Shown here: piece by piece, positions 10,854-29,918 of the stretch
How positions within the stretch are numbered: position 1 is the stretch's first letter
Layout of the letters: each line of letters begins with the position of its first letter
From: Phaeosaccion multiseriatum
Lineage: Eukaryota; Protista; Ochrophyta, other classes
Assembly: GCA_965112735.1 (NCBI GenBank)
Contig: OZ218955.1
Span: 868,001-932,000, forward strand
Reading direction: 5' to 3'
DNA: 64,000 nt
The notes under the pieces: model-generated
Told to the model about the DNA's origin: nothing
Seen by the model: only the letters and a program-made list of their open reading frames with translations
Database searches by the model: none
Translations under genes and position numbers: made by a program

Positions 10854-13800
10854 TGGCAAGATGGTTCGACTGAAGATACCACTCCCCTCAGTACCAATAC
10901 CGTAACTCCTCGTGCTTCTCATCTTCCTGCCCCTACTCCTTCCCTCTTTCAGCACAATAAAGGGGAGGGAGGGAAGTGGTGGGACACAGTTTGCCCCCAC
11001 AAGTCACTCTGTACCTCACCCCCCTCGCCCCTCTCCCACTCTCCCTCTCCTCCTCCTCCTCCTCCTCGCCCTTGCGTCCTTCAGTGTCGAGAGTACGGTA
11101 TACTCATTATGCTGGACATGCATAGTCTCACTCCCAATAACTATCGAAATGAATGGGGCTGGCACGACGCCAACTACGGCGCTGATGACTTCATTGTGAG
11201 TGGGCTGGAAAGACGTTGTGGTCTGAAAACGCTTGGGGAACGAGTATCGCAAGGAAGAAAGCGAGGGAGAGGTCGGGTGTGAGAAGGGTGTGAGAAGGGT
11301 GTGAGCGGGTGAGTGAGGGACTTGGGTAGGGGGGTAAGAAGGGAGTTGAGCGAGGGAGTTGGATACGTGAAAGGGTGAGGGACGGAGTCAGAAATTTAAC
11401 CCCCCCCCCCCCCCCCAACACACACACACACACACACACACACCATACACCCTTCTCCCCTCCACTCCTCTCCGCACTCTCCCCCGTCCTTGGTGGAGCA
11501 GGACGGCTGGCTGGCCATGATCGCCGAGTTCAAGCAGTATGAGAACTTCTTCGCCATTGATATTCTTAACGAGCCGCACGACGGGGACGATGACGAGATT
11601 GAGGGGGCCACATGGGGAGATGGGGACAAGGACACAGACTTCAAAAAGGTAGTACGGAGGTGTCTTGTTGCGGATCGATCTTTGGATCGTGAGGATCGAG
11701 TTGTTTGTTGCTCAACGTCGAATGGAACTGAATTGACCTGGAGGGGGGCTGGCCGTGGTGTGGCGTTGTTGTGTGGTGCGTTTGGGTGTTTTTCTCGGCC
11801 CCCTATCAACCCGCCCATCGGCCTATTGACATACTACATCCACCCACCCATTGACATACTACACTCCAGTTCTGCGAGAAGGTGATGAAGAAGGTCGATG
11901 ACGCTCACTCGGACTGGAAAGGGCTCTTTATGGTGGAGGGGGTCGAGGAGGGGGCCTACAGCAACCTCTACGACACCTTCTGCGAAGACGACGACACAAA
12001 TGACGACGACAGTTCTAGCGCTTCTGAAGAAGCAACCTGCACAGAGCTGGACTATGTCAAGAACATGGGGTACTGGTGGGGCGGCAACTTAATGGGGGTG
12101 TACGCCGATCCCATTGAAGCCCACAACGACGCCCTGCAGAAGAGGGTGAGGCGTGTGTGCGTCGGGAGTTTGAGTTTGAGATGGATAGTTATCTTCCTCA
12201 GCCTATGATGTGCTGGTCATTGGCTTCCGCTTTCAGCTCCCTCTCGAAGTCGCCAACCATTGACTTATGCTAAATCACTGACTCACAACAACACCAGGTG
12301 GTTTACGCACCGCACGTGCACGGCCCCGGGGTGTACAACATGACCTACTTCGCCTCGGACGGAGACTACGGGAGGTGAGGCGGGGTTCGAAGTTTCAGTT
12401 TCAGTTGTCAGTTTTGAGGACCGTGACATCCGATCAATGTAGACAATCGATGCATTGATACGTTGCAGAAGTCGTGGGGGTGGGTGCGTGTTGACGTGTT
12501 CGCTGTAGGGGGTATCACAGCCCTCCCGCTTCATACCCTCCCCATGCCCTCAACCCTCCCCTCCCCTCCCCTTCCCTCCCCCTCCCTCCCCTCCCTCCCG
12601 CCCCCCTCCCCCCCTTCAGTTTCCCCGACAATATGGGTAAGATCTGGGACATCACAACTGGCTTTGTGGAGAACAAGACGGGCAACGCCCTCGTCATTGG
12701 CGAGTGGGGAGGGGTCTCGGCGCTGACTCCCTTAGACCCCAGATCCAGAGACCTGAATGGCAATGGCTTAAGCGATCAGTGGGAGGTACGGAAACACAAC
12801 CCCCCGACACACACACAGAGACACACACGCACACACACACATACACCCACACACACAGACACACACACACACACATACACACGCAGGCACACAGGCACAC
12901 ACATACATACACACAGAGAGAGAGACACTTACACACGCACTGTCTGACGGGTCCCTCCCTCCCCTCCCTCCCCTGCCCCCCTGCCTACGCTTGTGCTGTG
13001 TGTGGCTGTGCGGTGCTACGTTGTATCACCAACGGGTGTGCTGTGCTGTGCTGTGAGTAGTGGAGCGAGCTTCTTGGCGACTACCTCGTCGATAATTGCT
13101 TGTCGGACACCTTCTGGTGGTGAGTGGGAGTGAGTGAGTGCCAGGACAGTGAGTGACTGTCAGGGCAGGGAGTGGGTGTCAGGACAACGTTCCCGGTTAC
13201 CTTCTGGGGTTGAGCACACCCCGTCCAAAGCGAGGGAAGGCGAAAGGGGTACAACAAGCCCAGGCTCCACCACACACCCAACGGTTGCACAAGCCCAGGC
13301 TACATCATACCCAACAGTTTCTCTCGTCTACGCGCATGCACACACACACATACATACATATATACCTTCAACATACGCACACACAGGTGCACACACGCAC
13401 ACACACACTCACCCATCCACCCACTGACCCACCCCTCTATCCTACCATAACTTAAGGTGCCTCAACCCCACCTCCGAGGACACGGGCGGACTGCTGCTCG
13501 ACGATTGGGTCACGCCCGACACCCACAAACTTGCCCTCATGGACTCCGTGCAGGTCAGTTGTCAGTTGTGATTCCGGGCCGCCTTAGTCATACCCACCCT
13601 ATAATCGTACGTAGTTAAGCGGGAGTGACACTAAGCGCTCCTCCTGCTCCTCCATAAGAGGGTCGCTGTCCACCGACTCTGACCACCGCTCCTCCTCCTC
13701 CTCCTCCTCCTCCTCCTCCTCCTCCTCCTCCTCCTCCTCCTCCTCCTCCTCCTCCTCCTCCTCCTCCTCCTCCTCCTCCTCCTCCTCCTCCTCCTCCTCC

Positions 13801-15897
13801 TCCTCCTCCTCCTCCTCCTCCTCCTCCTCCTCCTCCTCCTCCTCCTCCTCCTCCTCCTCCTCCTCCTCCTCCTCCTCCTCCTCCTCCTCCTCCTCCTCCT
13901 CCTCCTCCTCCTCCTCCTCCTCCTCCTCCTCCTCCTCCTCCTCCTCCTCCTCCTCTTCCTCCTTCCCCAATCCTCCTCTTCCTCCTCCTCCTCCTCCTCC
14001 TCCTCCTCCTCCTCCTCCTCCTCCACCTCCTCCTCCACCTCCTCCTCCTCCTCCACCTCCACCTCCACCTCCACCTTCTCCTTGGGGGGTGGTTATCGAT
14101 CTATCGATACGTGCATACTTCCTACGCGCACCACAGCCCAACCCTTCCACCTTCACCTTCACCGCCTTCGGAAACACCATACGAACGACCTGCATGCAGC
14201 CTGGGGAAGACGCTAACGTAAACTGTCGCTCGTACGAGAAGGGGGTGGACGAGTACTGGACTGACGAATACAACAGCACGCGCAGGGTAAGGGTGGCAGT
14301 AGATCGTACTTGGGGAGAAGGAGTGGGGGACAAGGCTGTAGGGGAGGAGGAGGAGGAGGAGGAGGAGGAGGAGGAGGAGGAGGAGGAGGAGGAGGAGGAG
14401 GAGGAGGAGGAGGAGGAGGAGGAGGAGGAGGAGGAGGAGGAGGAGGAGGAGGAGGAGGAGGAGGAGGAGGAGGAGGAGGAGGAGGAGGAGGAGGAGGAGG
14501 AGGAGGAGGAGGAGGAGGAGGAGGAGGAGGAGGAGGAGGAGGAGGAGGAGGAGGAGGAGGAGGAGGAGGAGGAGGAGGAGGAGGAGGAGGAGGAGGAGGA
14601 GGAGGAGGAGGCGTGATAGCAAATGATATACACACCTTGATATCATTCGACCAATACCTCCCTATCTCCCCTGTTTCCTTGCCTCCCTTCCCCTCTTCCC
14701 TCCCTCCCTCCGCTCCCCTCTCTCTCAATGGCGGCTGCCTCTGTATCACCCACACGGCCCCAATAGAACGATCCGAAATACTTTATCAGCTTTGACGTGG
14801 AGTTCACCGTAGAGGTGGGAGGCCTCACCATTGAGGAGAGCGTTGAAGTCGCAGAGAACGAGGAGGTGGGGGAGGAGATTGTCGACACCGTCAGCTCCTG
14901 GTGCTACACTGGCTGCCGGTGCCGCAGGTAAGGAGGAAGGTGGGGTAGGAGAGTGAGGGTAGGAGAGTGAGAGAAAGGGAGGGGAGGGAGGGGACGGGAG
15001 GGGAGAGGAGAGGCACGATGAGCTCTGAACGAGTCCCGAAGGCTCTGCACCATCTGCACCGTTTGCACGGCCTGCACTGACTGGACGTTACCCTCTCTAT
15101 TCATTTGTTCGCGCTCCTGCCTGCCCTTAGGAGATTGCCCTCATGTACCTGATCCCTGATCCCTCCTGCCTACTCTCTCACTTACCTATTCTTACGTATC
15201 TGCTCCCTTCTGCCCGGTGGCTCACATGCCTCTCGCCTCTCCCACACTCAGGTACAGCTGCTGGGGTTGGGGCTCTGGGTATGGCAGTTACTGGGGATAC
15301 GGTTACAGCAGGGGGTACGGGTATGGAAGACGTCGGAACCGATACTCATGGTATAGACGACGGATGGGAATAGAGGAGGAAGGAGAGGAGGAGGGGCACA
15401 TGTACATGCTGGATGGGGACAAGTTTCAGTATCCTGGAGACGATTGGGAGGGATGGGACGAGTACGAGGAGGAGACGGACGAGTACGATGACCAACACGG
15501 CCACCAGGGGGTGCGCCTGCAGAATGGTCGTCGCCAACTGCAGACCAACAGCAGCGCCGCCGACGCCGTGGAGTTTCTCAATCTTACTCACCTGTACAAC
15601 CAGACGGGCAGCAGGTGCGTGGGTGATATGGGTTGGATGGATGGATGGACGGATGGATGGGTGGCAGTGGATGGATGAGTGGCTGGATGTGTGTGGGCGT
15701 ATGGTTGGTTGGTTGGTTGGTTGGTTGGTTGATGGGTTGGTTAGTCGGACTTATTTGCTTCTTGAGTGCTTGCCTTGCTGGGTTGGTTGGTGGGCTGATT
15801 GGTCGCAGGCTTGGTTGGTTGGTTGGTTGGTTGGTTGGTCAGTTGGTCGATTGGTTTGCTGGACACTATGTAATAAAGCTATGCTCACCCTCTCTTT

Positions 15898-15963
<66 letters not shown>

Positions 15964-17370
15964 TCCTCCCTCTTTCTCCCCCTCTCTCTCCGTCCCTCCC
16001 TTGTTCACTCCCTTGTTTCCTCCCTCCCTTCCTCCCGCCTGCCCTCATTCACTCTCGCTCTCTCCCTCGCCCCACCCCAGTAACTTCACCTTCAACGTCA
16101 CCGACAATGACTACGCTCAGCTCCGTATCCTACTCATGGCGCGAAACGAAAACACTTCTGAGGTACGTACAGAAGGAGCGAGTGCGAGGGTGAGCTAAAA
16201 TTCCACGACTCCAAGGACAGCTGACTCAGGAGGAGAGGAACCGAACTCCATGGCGGGATGTGAAGAGGAAGAGCCAAATCCCCTGTTGGAAGCATGTTCA
16301 ACGGGGAAAATACGTCCTCCCTCCCTCCCTCCCTCCCTCCCTCCCTCCCTCCCTCCCTCCCTCCCTCCCTTCCTCCCCTCCCCCCCTCCCTTCCTCCCTC
16401 CCTCCCTCCTTCCTTCCTTCCTTCCTTCCTTCCTTCCTTTCCTCTCCTCCCTCCCTACCCCACGTGCACGCGGCAGGGCGCCTTGCTCTCCACTCGAATG
16501 AAGTCCCTTACCACACTACCAATGCCCGGTATCTCCACCACTTCCGTCGTGGTGAACTCGGCGACGGACAATACTCCCGGTGAGTAGGGCCTGTGTCCTT
16601 ACCTTCTTCCTTCCCTCCCTCTCCCCTCCCCCTTCCTCCTTCTCGTCCTCCTCTTCCTCTCCTGCTCCTCCTCCTCCTCCTCCTCCTCCTCCTCCTCCAC
16701 CTCCTCCTCCTCCTCCTCCTCCTCCTCCTCCTCCTCCTCCTCCTCCTCCTCCTCCTCCTCCTCCTCCTCCTCCTCCTCCACCACCTCCTCTGCCTCCTCT
16801 TCATCCTTCACCACTACCAGCCTCTCAGCTCCTTTCTCCCTCCCCTCACTCCCTCCTTCCCATCCCTCCCTCCGTCCCCCCCTCCCTCCTGTCCCTCCCT
16901 CCCTCCTGTCCCTCCCTCCTTCTCTCCCCTCCCTCCCCTCCCTCCTCTCCCTTCCCTCCCTCTCTCCCTCCCTGCTCCCTTCCCCTCTCTTCATGGCAGC
17001 CGGGACCACGCTCACATTTGATCAAGTCACCGCCTGGACAGGCTACGGTCCCGCCCCTTTGTGGATCAAGATTGTGCTGCCCATCGTGTTCTTCATCGTA
17101 TGCCTCGCAGTCGTCGCCAGATACTTTCTTGTAGACGCCAAAAGGACACTCGAAGGAGGGCAGAGAGGAGCTGATAATCACCTTGACTTGGATCACGGGG
17201 ATGGGAAGGATGAGATACCGGGGGACAAAGATGGATATTTGGCCAAGTTTAGGTGAGTTCGAGTTGGTGATACAGAGGGGGGGGAGAGAGGGGGAGGGAG
17301 GGAGGGTGGGAGAAAGAGAGAAATCAAGCGATGGGGGATGGTGCGTGGGAGAGATAAGGGAGGGAAGGAA

Positions 17371-17410
<40 letters not shown>

Positions 17411-17830
17411 AGGGAGGGAGAGAGGGAGGGAGGGAGAGAGAGACCTGTCTCTTTTCATTCCGCTTCCTCCTCCTTCCTTCCCCCTCGTCCCTCATCTGGT
17501 GACTCAGCATCAATTCCTTGCCCACTTGCTTCTTCCACATCCTTCCCTTCCTCGCTTCTTCTTCCTCCTCCTCCTCCCCTCGGCAGTCGCAAGATTCTGG
17601 CCAAGTCCAAGACAGCAATGAACCTGCAGGACCACGGAGGCACCAACCGCCACGAGAGGCGGATAGTGCCGGGTGAGGACGCGGAGTCCCTCGCCCAACT
17701 GGGGCAGGGTAAGCAGAAGGTGACGACCATCCACGGCAAGAGAAAAACGGACGAGGCAGGCAGCAACAAGAGGGGGTCTTGGTTTCAACGGATGCCCAGC
17801 ACGAAGGCAGACGTTGGGGTGGAGGAGTGA
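9852..17830 (+). CDS. Glycoside hydrolase family 5 (endoglucanase E1-like) with a long C-terminal extension, one TM helix and a cytoplasmic tail
   Basis: 16 exons: 9852(or 10035)-10191, 10537-10787, 11085-11195, 11502-11648, 11870-12145, 12298-12374, 12620-12785, 13061-13119, 13457-13553, 14137-14286, 14767-14927, 15252-15614, 16081-16162, 16477-16579, 17000-17252, 17587-17830. Phases are consistent. Motifs: KGVSWFGF, FNALRVP, IMLDMH, IDILNEPH (acid/base), YAPHVHGP, IGEWGG (nucleophile), FWWCLNPTSEDTGGLL. TM segment WIKIVLPIVFFIVCLAVVARYFL. Confidence 0.88.
13689..14075. repeat. (CCT)n trinucleotide tract in a GH5 intron
   Basis: About 270 bp of near-perfect repeat followed by degenerate copies. 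Confidence 0.95.
14344..14610. repeat. (GAG)n trinucleotide tract in a GH5 intron
   Basis: About 267 bp of perfect repeat, reverse-complementary to the tract at 13689. Confidence 0.95.
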
Positions 17831-18978
17831 CGGGGATGGGGGGGAGAGAGAGTGGGGGCGGGATAAGGGATGCTTCTGTGGTTGTTGTTTGGTGTGTGTG
17901 GGTAGTGTCAGGGATCGGCGGCTGTGTTACTGGGTGGCACGGCAGCCACTGGCCTGGGGAGAGGAAGTGTCTGAAGGTGGAGTTTCGGTTATTTTGGTGG
18001 TGGGTGGGTGCTCGACAAAGGAGGAGAATGGCCTGTGATGGTGACACACACACACACACACACACACAAACGCCACAACAGAGTGAGTCCATGTGACACA
18101 AACCCCACGTGCCACAAACAGAGAGGAAGACGCTTCTCCTCCGAGTAGTAACAGCAGATGGCAGCACATGGCCGCCAGCACACACACTACGAAACATAGG
18201 TACAGAGGGGCACACCTTGGCGAGCCGCAGAGTCGCATGGCATGCTTCTTCGCGGCGTGGTACAGTGGTATCGTCTAGTTTTAGTTGGGGTAATGGAGGG
18301 AAGGCAAGTAATTGCACACCCTGAAGAGAAAGAGCTGCGCAGTCGAGTCGAAGCACAATCAGTCACTCACTGACCCACTCCACCCGTCTTTGTCCGATAG
18401 CTTCCATTCGCTTCAAGGAAGGAGGGTGTTCGACTTTTCTCTTCGTCCTACTTGACGTGCGGAGAGTTGACACCCCTGGGTCGAGGGGGGGGGGGTTTGA
18501 TCTGCCGTCTGTATTGAAGCAACAATACATTAGATATGTTGTACTTTCCCTTTGACGTGCTAGTGGGGGACCGTCGTCGGAGGCTCCAGTGAGCCACCAC
18601 TCCTCTCTGCCAGCAGCTGCCGGCACGACTCTGAAGCGTAGGGCAAGGAGGGGCGATAAACGAATCTCTTCAAGATCGTTCGGAGAGCGCGATTGGGCCG
18701 TCCTCTTGACAGCGCCTCCTATCCCTCCCCTTCTCCTTTGGAACCTCCGACAAACAAGACGTCTTCTCTTGTCTGGTGCGAGAGCAGAGAAGCCGATGGA
18801 TGGATGCTCCAGGTTGCATCCCCTCTTGGCAATCTCCACCCCTCGTTCTCCTACCTCGCTCAGTCCCCCTCTCCATCGAGAAGCTCAAGCGATCTCCATA
18901 CCATGCCCCCGCCCTCTCTCGTCCTCGATCAAAACCAAAGTGGACCAAATAAATGAGTTGACTTCTCCATTAAATCAA

Positions 18979-25385
<6,407 letters not shown>

Positions 25386-25655
25386 ATTTCGACCTTCTCC
25401 TCCTTGCTGGTTTGCTTCTCACTGGTTCAACTCCTCCATTTCGCCCGGAAAGTACTCCCACGCTCCACTCTCCTTCACATACCCATCAGCCCCCACTTTA
25501 CGGTTGTACGATCCTTCTGTTGGAGTCTAATTGTCTCTTCTGGTGGCGTTTCCCTCTCTCTCTTCGTCACAAAGGGAAGCGGCCCAACCAAACTGACTTG
25601 TTGACTTACGAATGTTGAGGGCGGGCCAACCACTCCCTCTTGACAGAGAGCTATC

Positions 25656-27116
25656 ATGCCTGCGGTAATGAAGCGCCGGATAATATCGCCTCTGGTAGTG
25701 CTGTGCTGCCTCTGCTCCTGCGGTCATGGCTTCACGTTCAGCAGCATAAGCAACAGCAGAGTAGGATCGCCGCGAAGGTCTTCAGTAGTCGCCCGGGCCA
25801 CCTCCCCCGCAGCAGCTGAGGCACGGGAAGCAGCAGTGGCACCAGAGGGAGCGAGCAGGCGAATGTCGGTGGGACGAGGCAGCAGGAGCAGCAGCAGTAG
25901 CAGCAGCAGAAGAGACTGGATACGCCAAGCTGTGTCGGCGGGCTCGGTGGCCGCAGGAGTCGGCGCAGTAATAGTAGGCGGCGCGCCAGAGCAGAGCTGG
26001 GCAGAAGGGGGGGGTATCGGGGGGTTCCTGCAGAAGGCGGTGGAGACTGTCTCAGGGGGGGGGGGCGAGGAGGGGGGGGAGGACGCGCGCAAGCCTCTCA
26101 AGGTGGGGCAGGCACCAGAAAGCGTCACCAGCACCATCACTTACAAGGACTTTGTGAATGATTTGTTTGAGGGCAAGATTGAGAGCGCGCAGTTCTACGG
26201 CTCGCAGCTGGAGTCGTGCGTCGTGACCTTTAAGGACGGGGGAGAGCAAGCTCTCATCGGCGAGGGGTAAGTACTTTGTTTTTTGTGTGTGGGGGGGGAG
26301 GGAAAGGAGGGCCGCAAGCAGACGGGGTGGAGAGAGCAATGCGCGGGGTAGAGTGAGAGGAAGGGGTGGGGGTCGGGTGGGAGGCATAGCTGGACGGGAT
26401 GCCCCCTTCGATCGCTCGACGCGAGAGGACTACTCCCCTACCTGTCGAGTGCGGCCCCCAACACCCGAACACCTTGCATGCGTGGCAGATGTGGTGTGTG
26501 ATGCTTAAGTGTGATGCTTTTGTGTGATGCTTTTGTGTGATGCTTCATCCTACCCCGTCTCTACTCTCTACCTCCTATTCCGCTCTACAACTCCGCCCTC
26601 GTGTGCCGGTCTATATCGTATTCCCCCTCTCTTTCCCAGCAACACGCCGCCTTCCTTTCTCCCCTCTGCGTCCTCCCCCATCCTTCCCCCGTGGGGTCTG
26701 CATCAGTTTGCGTCTCCATCCTGCTGCTGCTCTTGCTCCTCCTGCTGCTGCTGCTGCTGCTGCTGCTACCAACTGCTACTAACCCCTCCCGCCCTCCTCC
26801 CCCTATCCTCCGCCCACCTGCCTGGCTGTCTGCCTGTCTGCCTGTCCCCCCCTCCCCCTTTCCCCGTCTTCCGACGCTCGCTCCCCCAACCCTCAACCCC
26901 CTCCGCAGCTACCCCCGGCCCGCCCCCACAACGGATGAGTCCCCCTATAAGGTGGTGAGTCAGTTACGAAACGCCGGCGTGCCTTACAAGTCGTCCTTCT
27001 CGCTGGGCAAGAACGTTTTACCGCCCTTCCGTACAGGGGACGAGGCGGCGGCTCGGGTGAGGCAGAGCGATGAGGAAAGGGAGATCGACGAGATGATGGC
27101 GAGGAGGCGGCAGTGA
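25656..27116 (+). CDS. Predicted thylakoid-lumen protein resembling the N-terminal lumenal domain of FtsH, with no AAA or protease part
   Basis: Exons 25656-26266 and 26909-27116. Signal peptide ends GHG|F, followed by an S/R-rich transit peptide, then RRDW + hydrophobic stretch + SWA (TAT-like), then ITYKDFVNDLFEGKIESAQFYG...VSQLRNAGV. Confidence 0.7.
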
Positions 27117-27771
27117 GCGAGGAGGACGGATAGATAGATAGGTCATGGCGAGGAGAGACAGTGAGCGACGAGGAGGAGGAGGAGGAGGAGGAGGAGGAGG
27201 AGGAGGAGGAGGAGGAGGAGCAGGGGGAGCAGGAGGAGGAGGAAGAGGAGGATGTTCGGGGGGGGGGATAAGCAGGCGGCGGCGGCGGTGAGCGAGGAGG
27301 CGGCGGGCGGGGATGGACGTGGAGCAGGAGGTAACCCGACGAGGACAGGGGAGTAGATGTGGAGATATGGGCAATGAGCGGCAGTGGGTGGGAGTGGGTG
27401 CCAGTGAGCGACGAGGAGACAGACCGACGAGGACAGTGACGGGCAGAGATTGATGATTGTGGCGAGCAGGAGGGGTGGAGGGGGGGCAACGCTGTGCAGT
27501 GCCCAAGCGTATTGGATAGGAGAGGAGGGAAAGGAGATGGCAGTGGGCGCGGGGTTGTGGCAATTCAATCTCGTGAATCCGGCTAGTGGGTCAAGCACCA
27601 CCCAACTCGCCAGAGCGGGGCGTATCGTTTAGAAGCAGTATTTTACGATGTTTTATCTGTGAACTGTGGGAGGCAAACTTTTCGCTTTCTCCTTCATGAA
27701 GTAGGCCCGACCCGCCACCCCTTCACCCGATCCATAAGATGAGAAGGTGCCGCACTCTGAAAAAACCAAGA

Positions 27772-27830
27772 TCAACCCCTGACGCGCTGTTGAGCTATCG
27801 CGTGCCGGCACGTAGCGTGTCAGGGGTCGA
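27772..27830. repeat. Palindromic element copy 2 (59-bp hairpin, MITE-like)
   Basis: Arms TCAACCCCTGACGCGCT and AGCGTGTCAGGGGTCGA (17 bp, 2 mismatches). Internal GCTATC and palindrome CGTGCCGGCACG. Confidence 0.7.
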
Positions 27831-27965
27831 GAGTCGAGAGCGTCAGCAGTTCATCGATCTGGATTGTTGAAAGTCACTCTCCGGCGACGACTGTACCCCC
27901 GGGGAAAGCGCACTAGAAAGAGAGCGCAGTAGAAAGAGAGCGCAAAAGAAAGACAGGAAGGGATC

Positions 27966-29415
27966 ATGAGTGCCCTGCGGATGGTGATGCGGAGGGCGGT
28001 GATTGCACGGCCAGGTGCGGTGCGGGGAGGGGGGGGGAGGCCAATGCCACCACATGTGCGACTACCGCCACCTGCGAGCTCGGTAAGTCATAAGGAGAGG
28101 GGGAGTAGAGGGAGCAGATGCGTGTCCCTTCACAGCACCGCCTTAGGCATGGCGAGTTTCTCCATTTGCATCCTCTGAGCGAGGCGGTGATGCGCTGTGG
28201 AAGAGTTTGAGGACGGGACAAACGAATAACCATTCTGCGCGTACGGGGAGAGGGGTTATCCGGAGGGAATGCGTGTTGCTTGGCTTGTACAGGGACGACT
28301 GCAGTTGGACTGCATGTGGAATGAGGTCGTAGGAGAGAGAGGTATAGCCATATCAGGTCCTGCAGCAGCTTGGCACCTCAGCCTTCATGGCGGCTTGTTG
28401 TCCCAGTCGTGTGTTCCCTCTAGTCCGTTCACTGGTCTGCTTGTGTCTCGCACTCACATGGCAAAGAAGGGCACGTACACATCGATCGTTTTACTGCCAC
28501 GCTCGTCAAACCTTTTGTGTAAAAGCCGTACCGATGGCGTCCATGGCCCTTACATACATGTATGCCTTCCCTCTTCCTCACCATCATGCCGTCCATGATC
28601 CATCCACCCTCCTCCCCCATCCTCTCCCCCTTCTCTTTCTCTACCACAGTTGAATGAACACCACGAGCTGGTGTGGAACGACTCCGTAGCGCCAGAAGTG
28701 TGTGTGGACACAGACGCTCCCAACGTGTCCCCGCAGAAGGCGACTCAGTGGTGGTTCACAGCGATTGCATCATTAGGTGCGAGCACTTGTGGAGGGGAGG
28801 CAAGAGGGGGGGGGACGGTGTGCATCTGTGATCTTATCTCTGTCTAACAGGGCGGCTGGGGCTTCTTCCCCATCAGTTTCGCAATGCGTGACCTCTTCCT
28901 CTTCCTTCTTTGAAAGGGGAATCTTGTTCTCCTCCTGCTGCTGCTGCTGCTGCTGCTACCCTCTGCTTCCCCCCTCCTGCCTCATTTGGACAATCAAACT
29001 CACTCTGTGGACGACGAATCCTTTGTGAAGCTTCTCCACATGCACCGCCTCCCTCGACTGTCAACCGTTTTTGCCACCCCCCCGCCCCAACACCCTTTGT
29101 CCCTCGACTGTCAGCCGTTTTTGGCCACCCCCCCGCCCCAACACCCTTTGTGTCCCTCGTCCCTCTCTTGTCCGTCCCTGAGCAGGTGCCTTGTACATGG
29201 CTTTGAGCATTTACGACCCAAAGAGAAACCGGCCTGTGGCGTGTCGAACGACGACAATGGGCAACTCCGCCTTCTTCCCTCCCGATGTCCTGCAGGGGAG
29301 GATCAAAGACCCTGCAGTAGTGGAAGCAGAGGCAGCGGCTAGCAGTGGTGGCGGTAGTGGTGCAGGGGCGGCAGAGGAGGAGGATGAGGAGGAGGAGGAG
29401 GAAGAGGAGGACTAG
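27966..29415 (+). CDS. NDUFB8: NADH:ubiquinone oxidoreductase (complex I) accessory subunit B8/ASHI
   Basis: Exons 27966-28082, 28650-28776, 29186-29415. Mitochondrial presequence, RLPPP..LNEHHELVWNDSVAPEVCVD, a single TM helix and DPKRNRPV, as recalled for plant/protist NDUFB8. Confidence 0.8.
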
Positions 29416-29918
29416 AAGATACATGGGCGTCCATGAGGATGAGGATAAGGATGGGGGGGTGTTGGGGGGAAGGGGTATATGGGCATGTACATGGAAAGGG
29501 GTGGTGAAGAAGGCACAAGGAGGATGCGCTTCTGTGGTAGTCAGTTAGGACGTAAGAACGTTGGTGGAAGATTAAAAGAAAAAAATAGGACGTTTATCAA
29601 CAATCAACGTCTCTGCCTACACAGCCCCGACGGAACTTGAACAGCCGCTACGACGGAACTTTGCAACTTGTCCAACGCTCGTCCACATCAGCCAATGGTT
29701 GGGGTCCCTGGGACTGGAAATAGGCGGGACATGTCTGGGTATCGCACCGTCATATACTCACTCACTGGAGGAGCGAGCTGCTGCCTGACCATGCACTGTA
29801 CAGTCGTTGTGTCTTTCAGCCGTTACTCTTTCGTCTGGCCGTCGTTGTGTCGTTCAGCCCCACCCCCCCCCCCCCCCCCTGGGTCCACCCCCAACCTCCT
29901 CCATCCCTTCTCTTTCCT

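Noticed and set aside
13599-14795. Poly-S/E/R/P/G ORFs
   Set aside because: Translations of intronic (CCT)n/(GAG)n tracts; only 14137-14286 and the exon starting at 14767 are coding.
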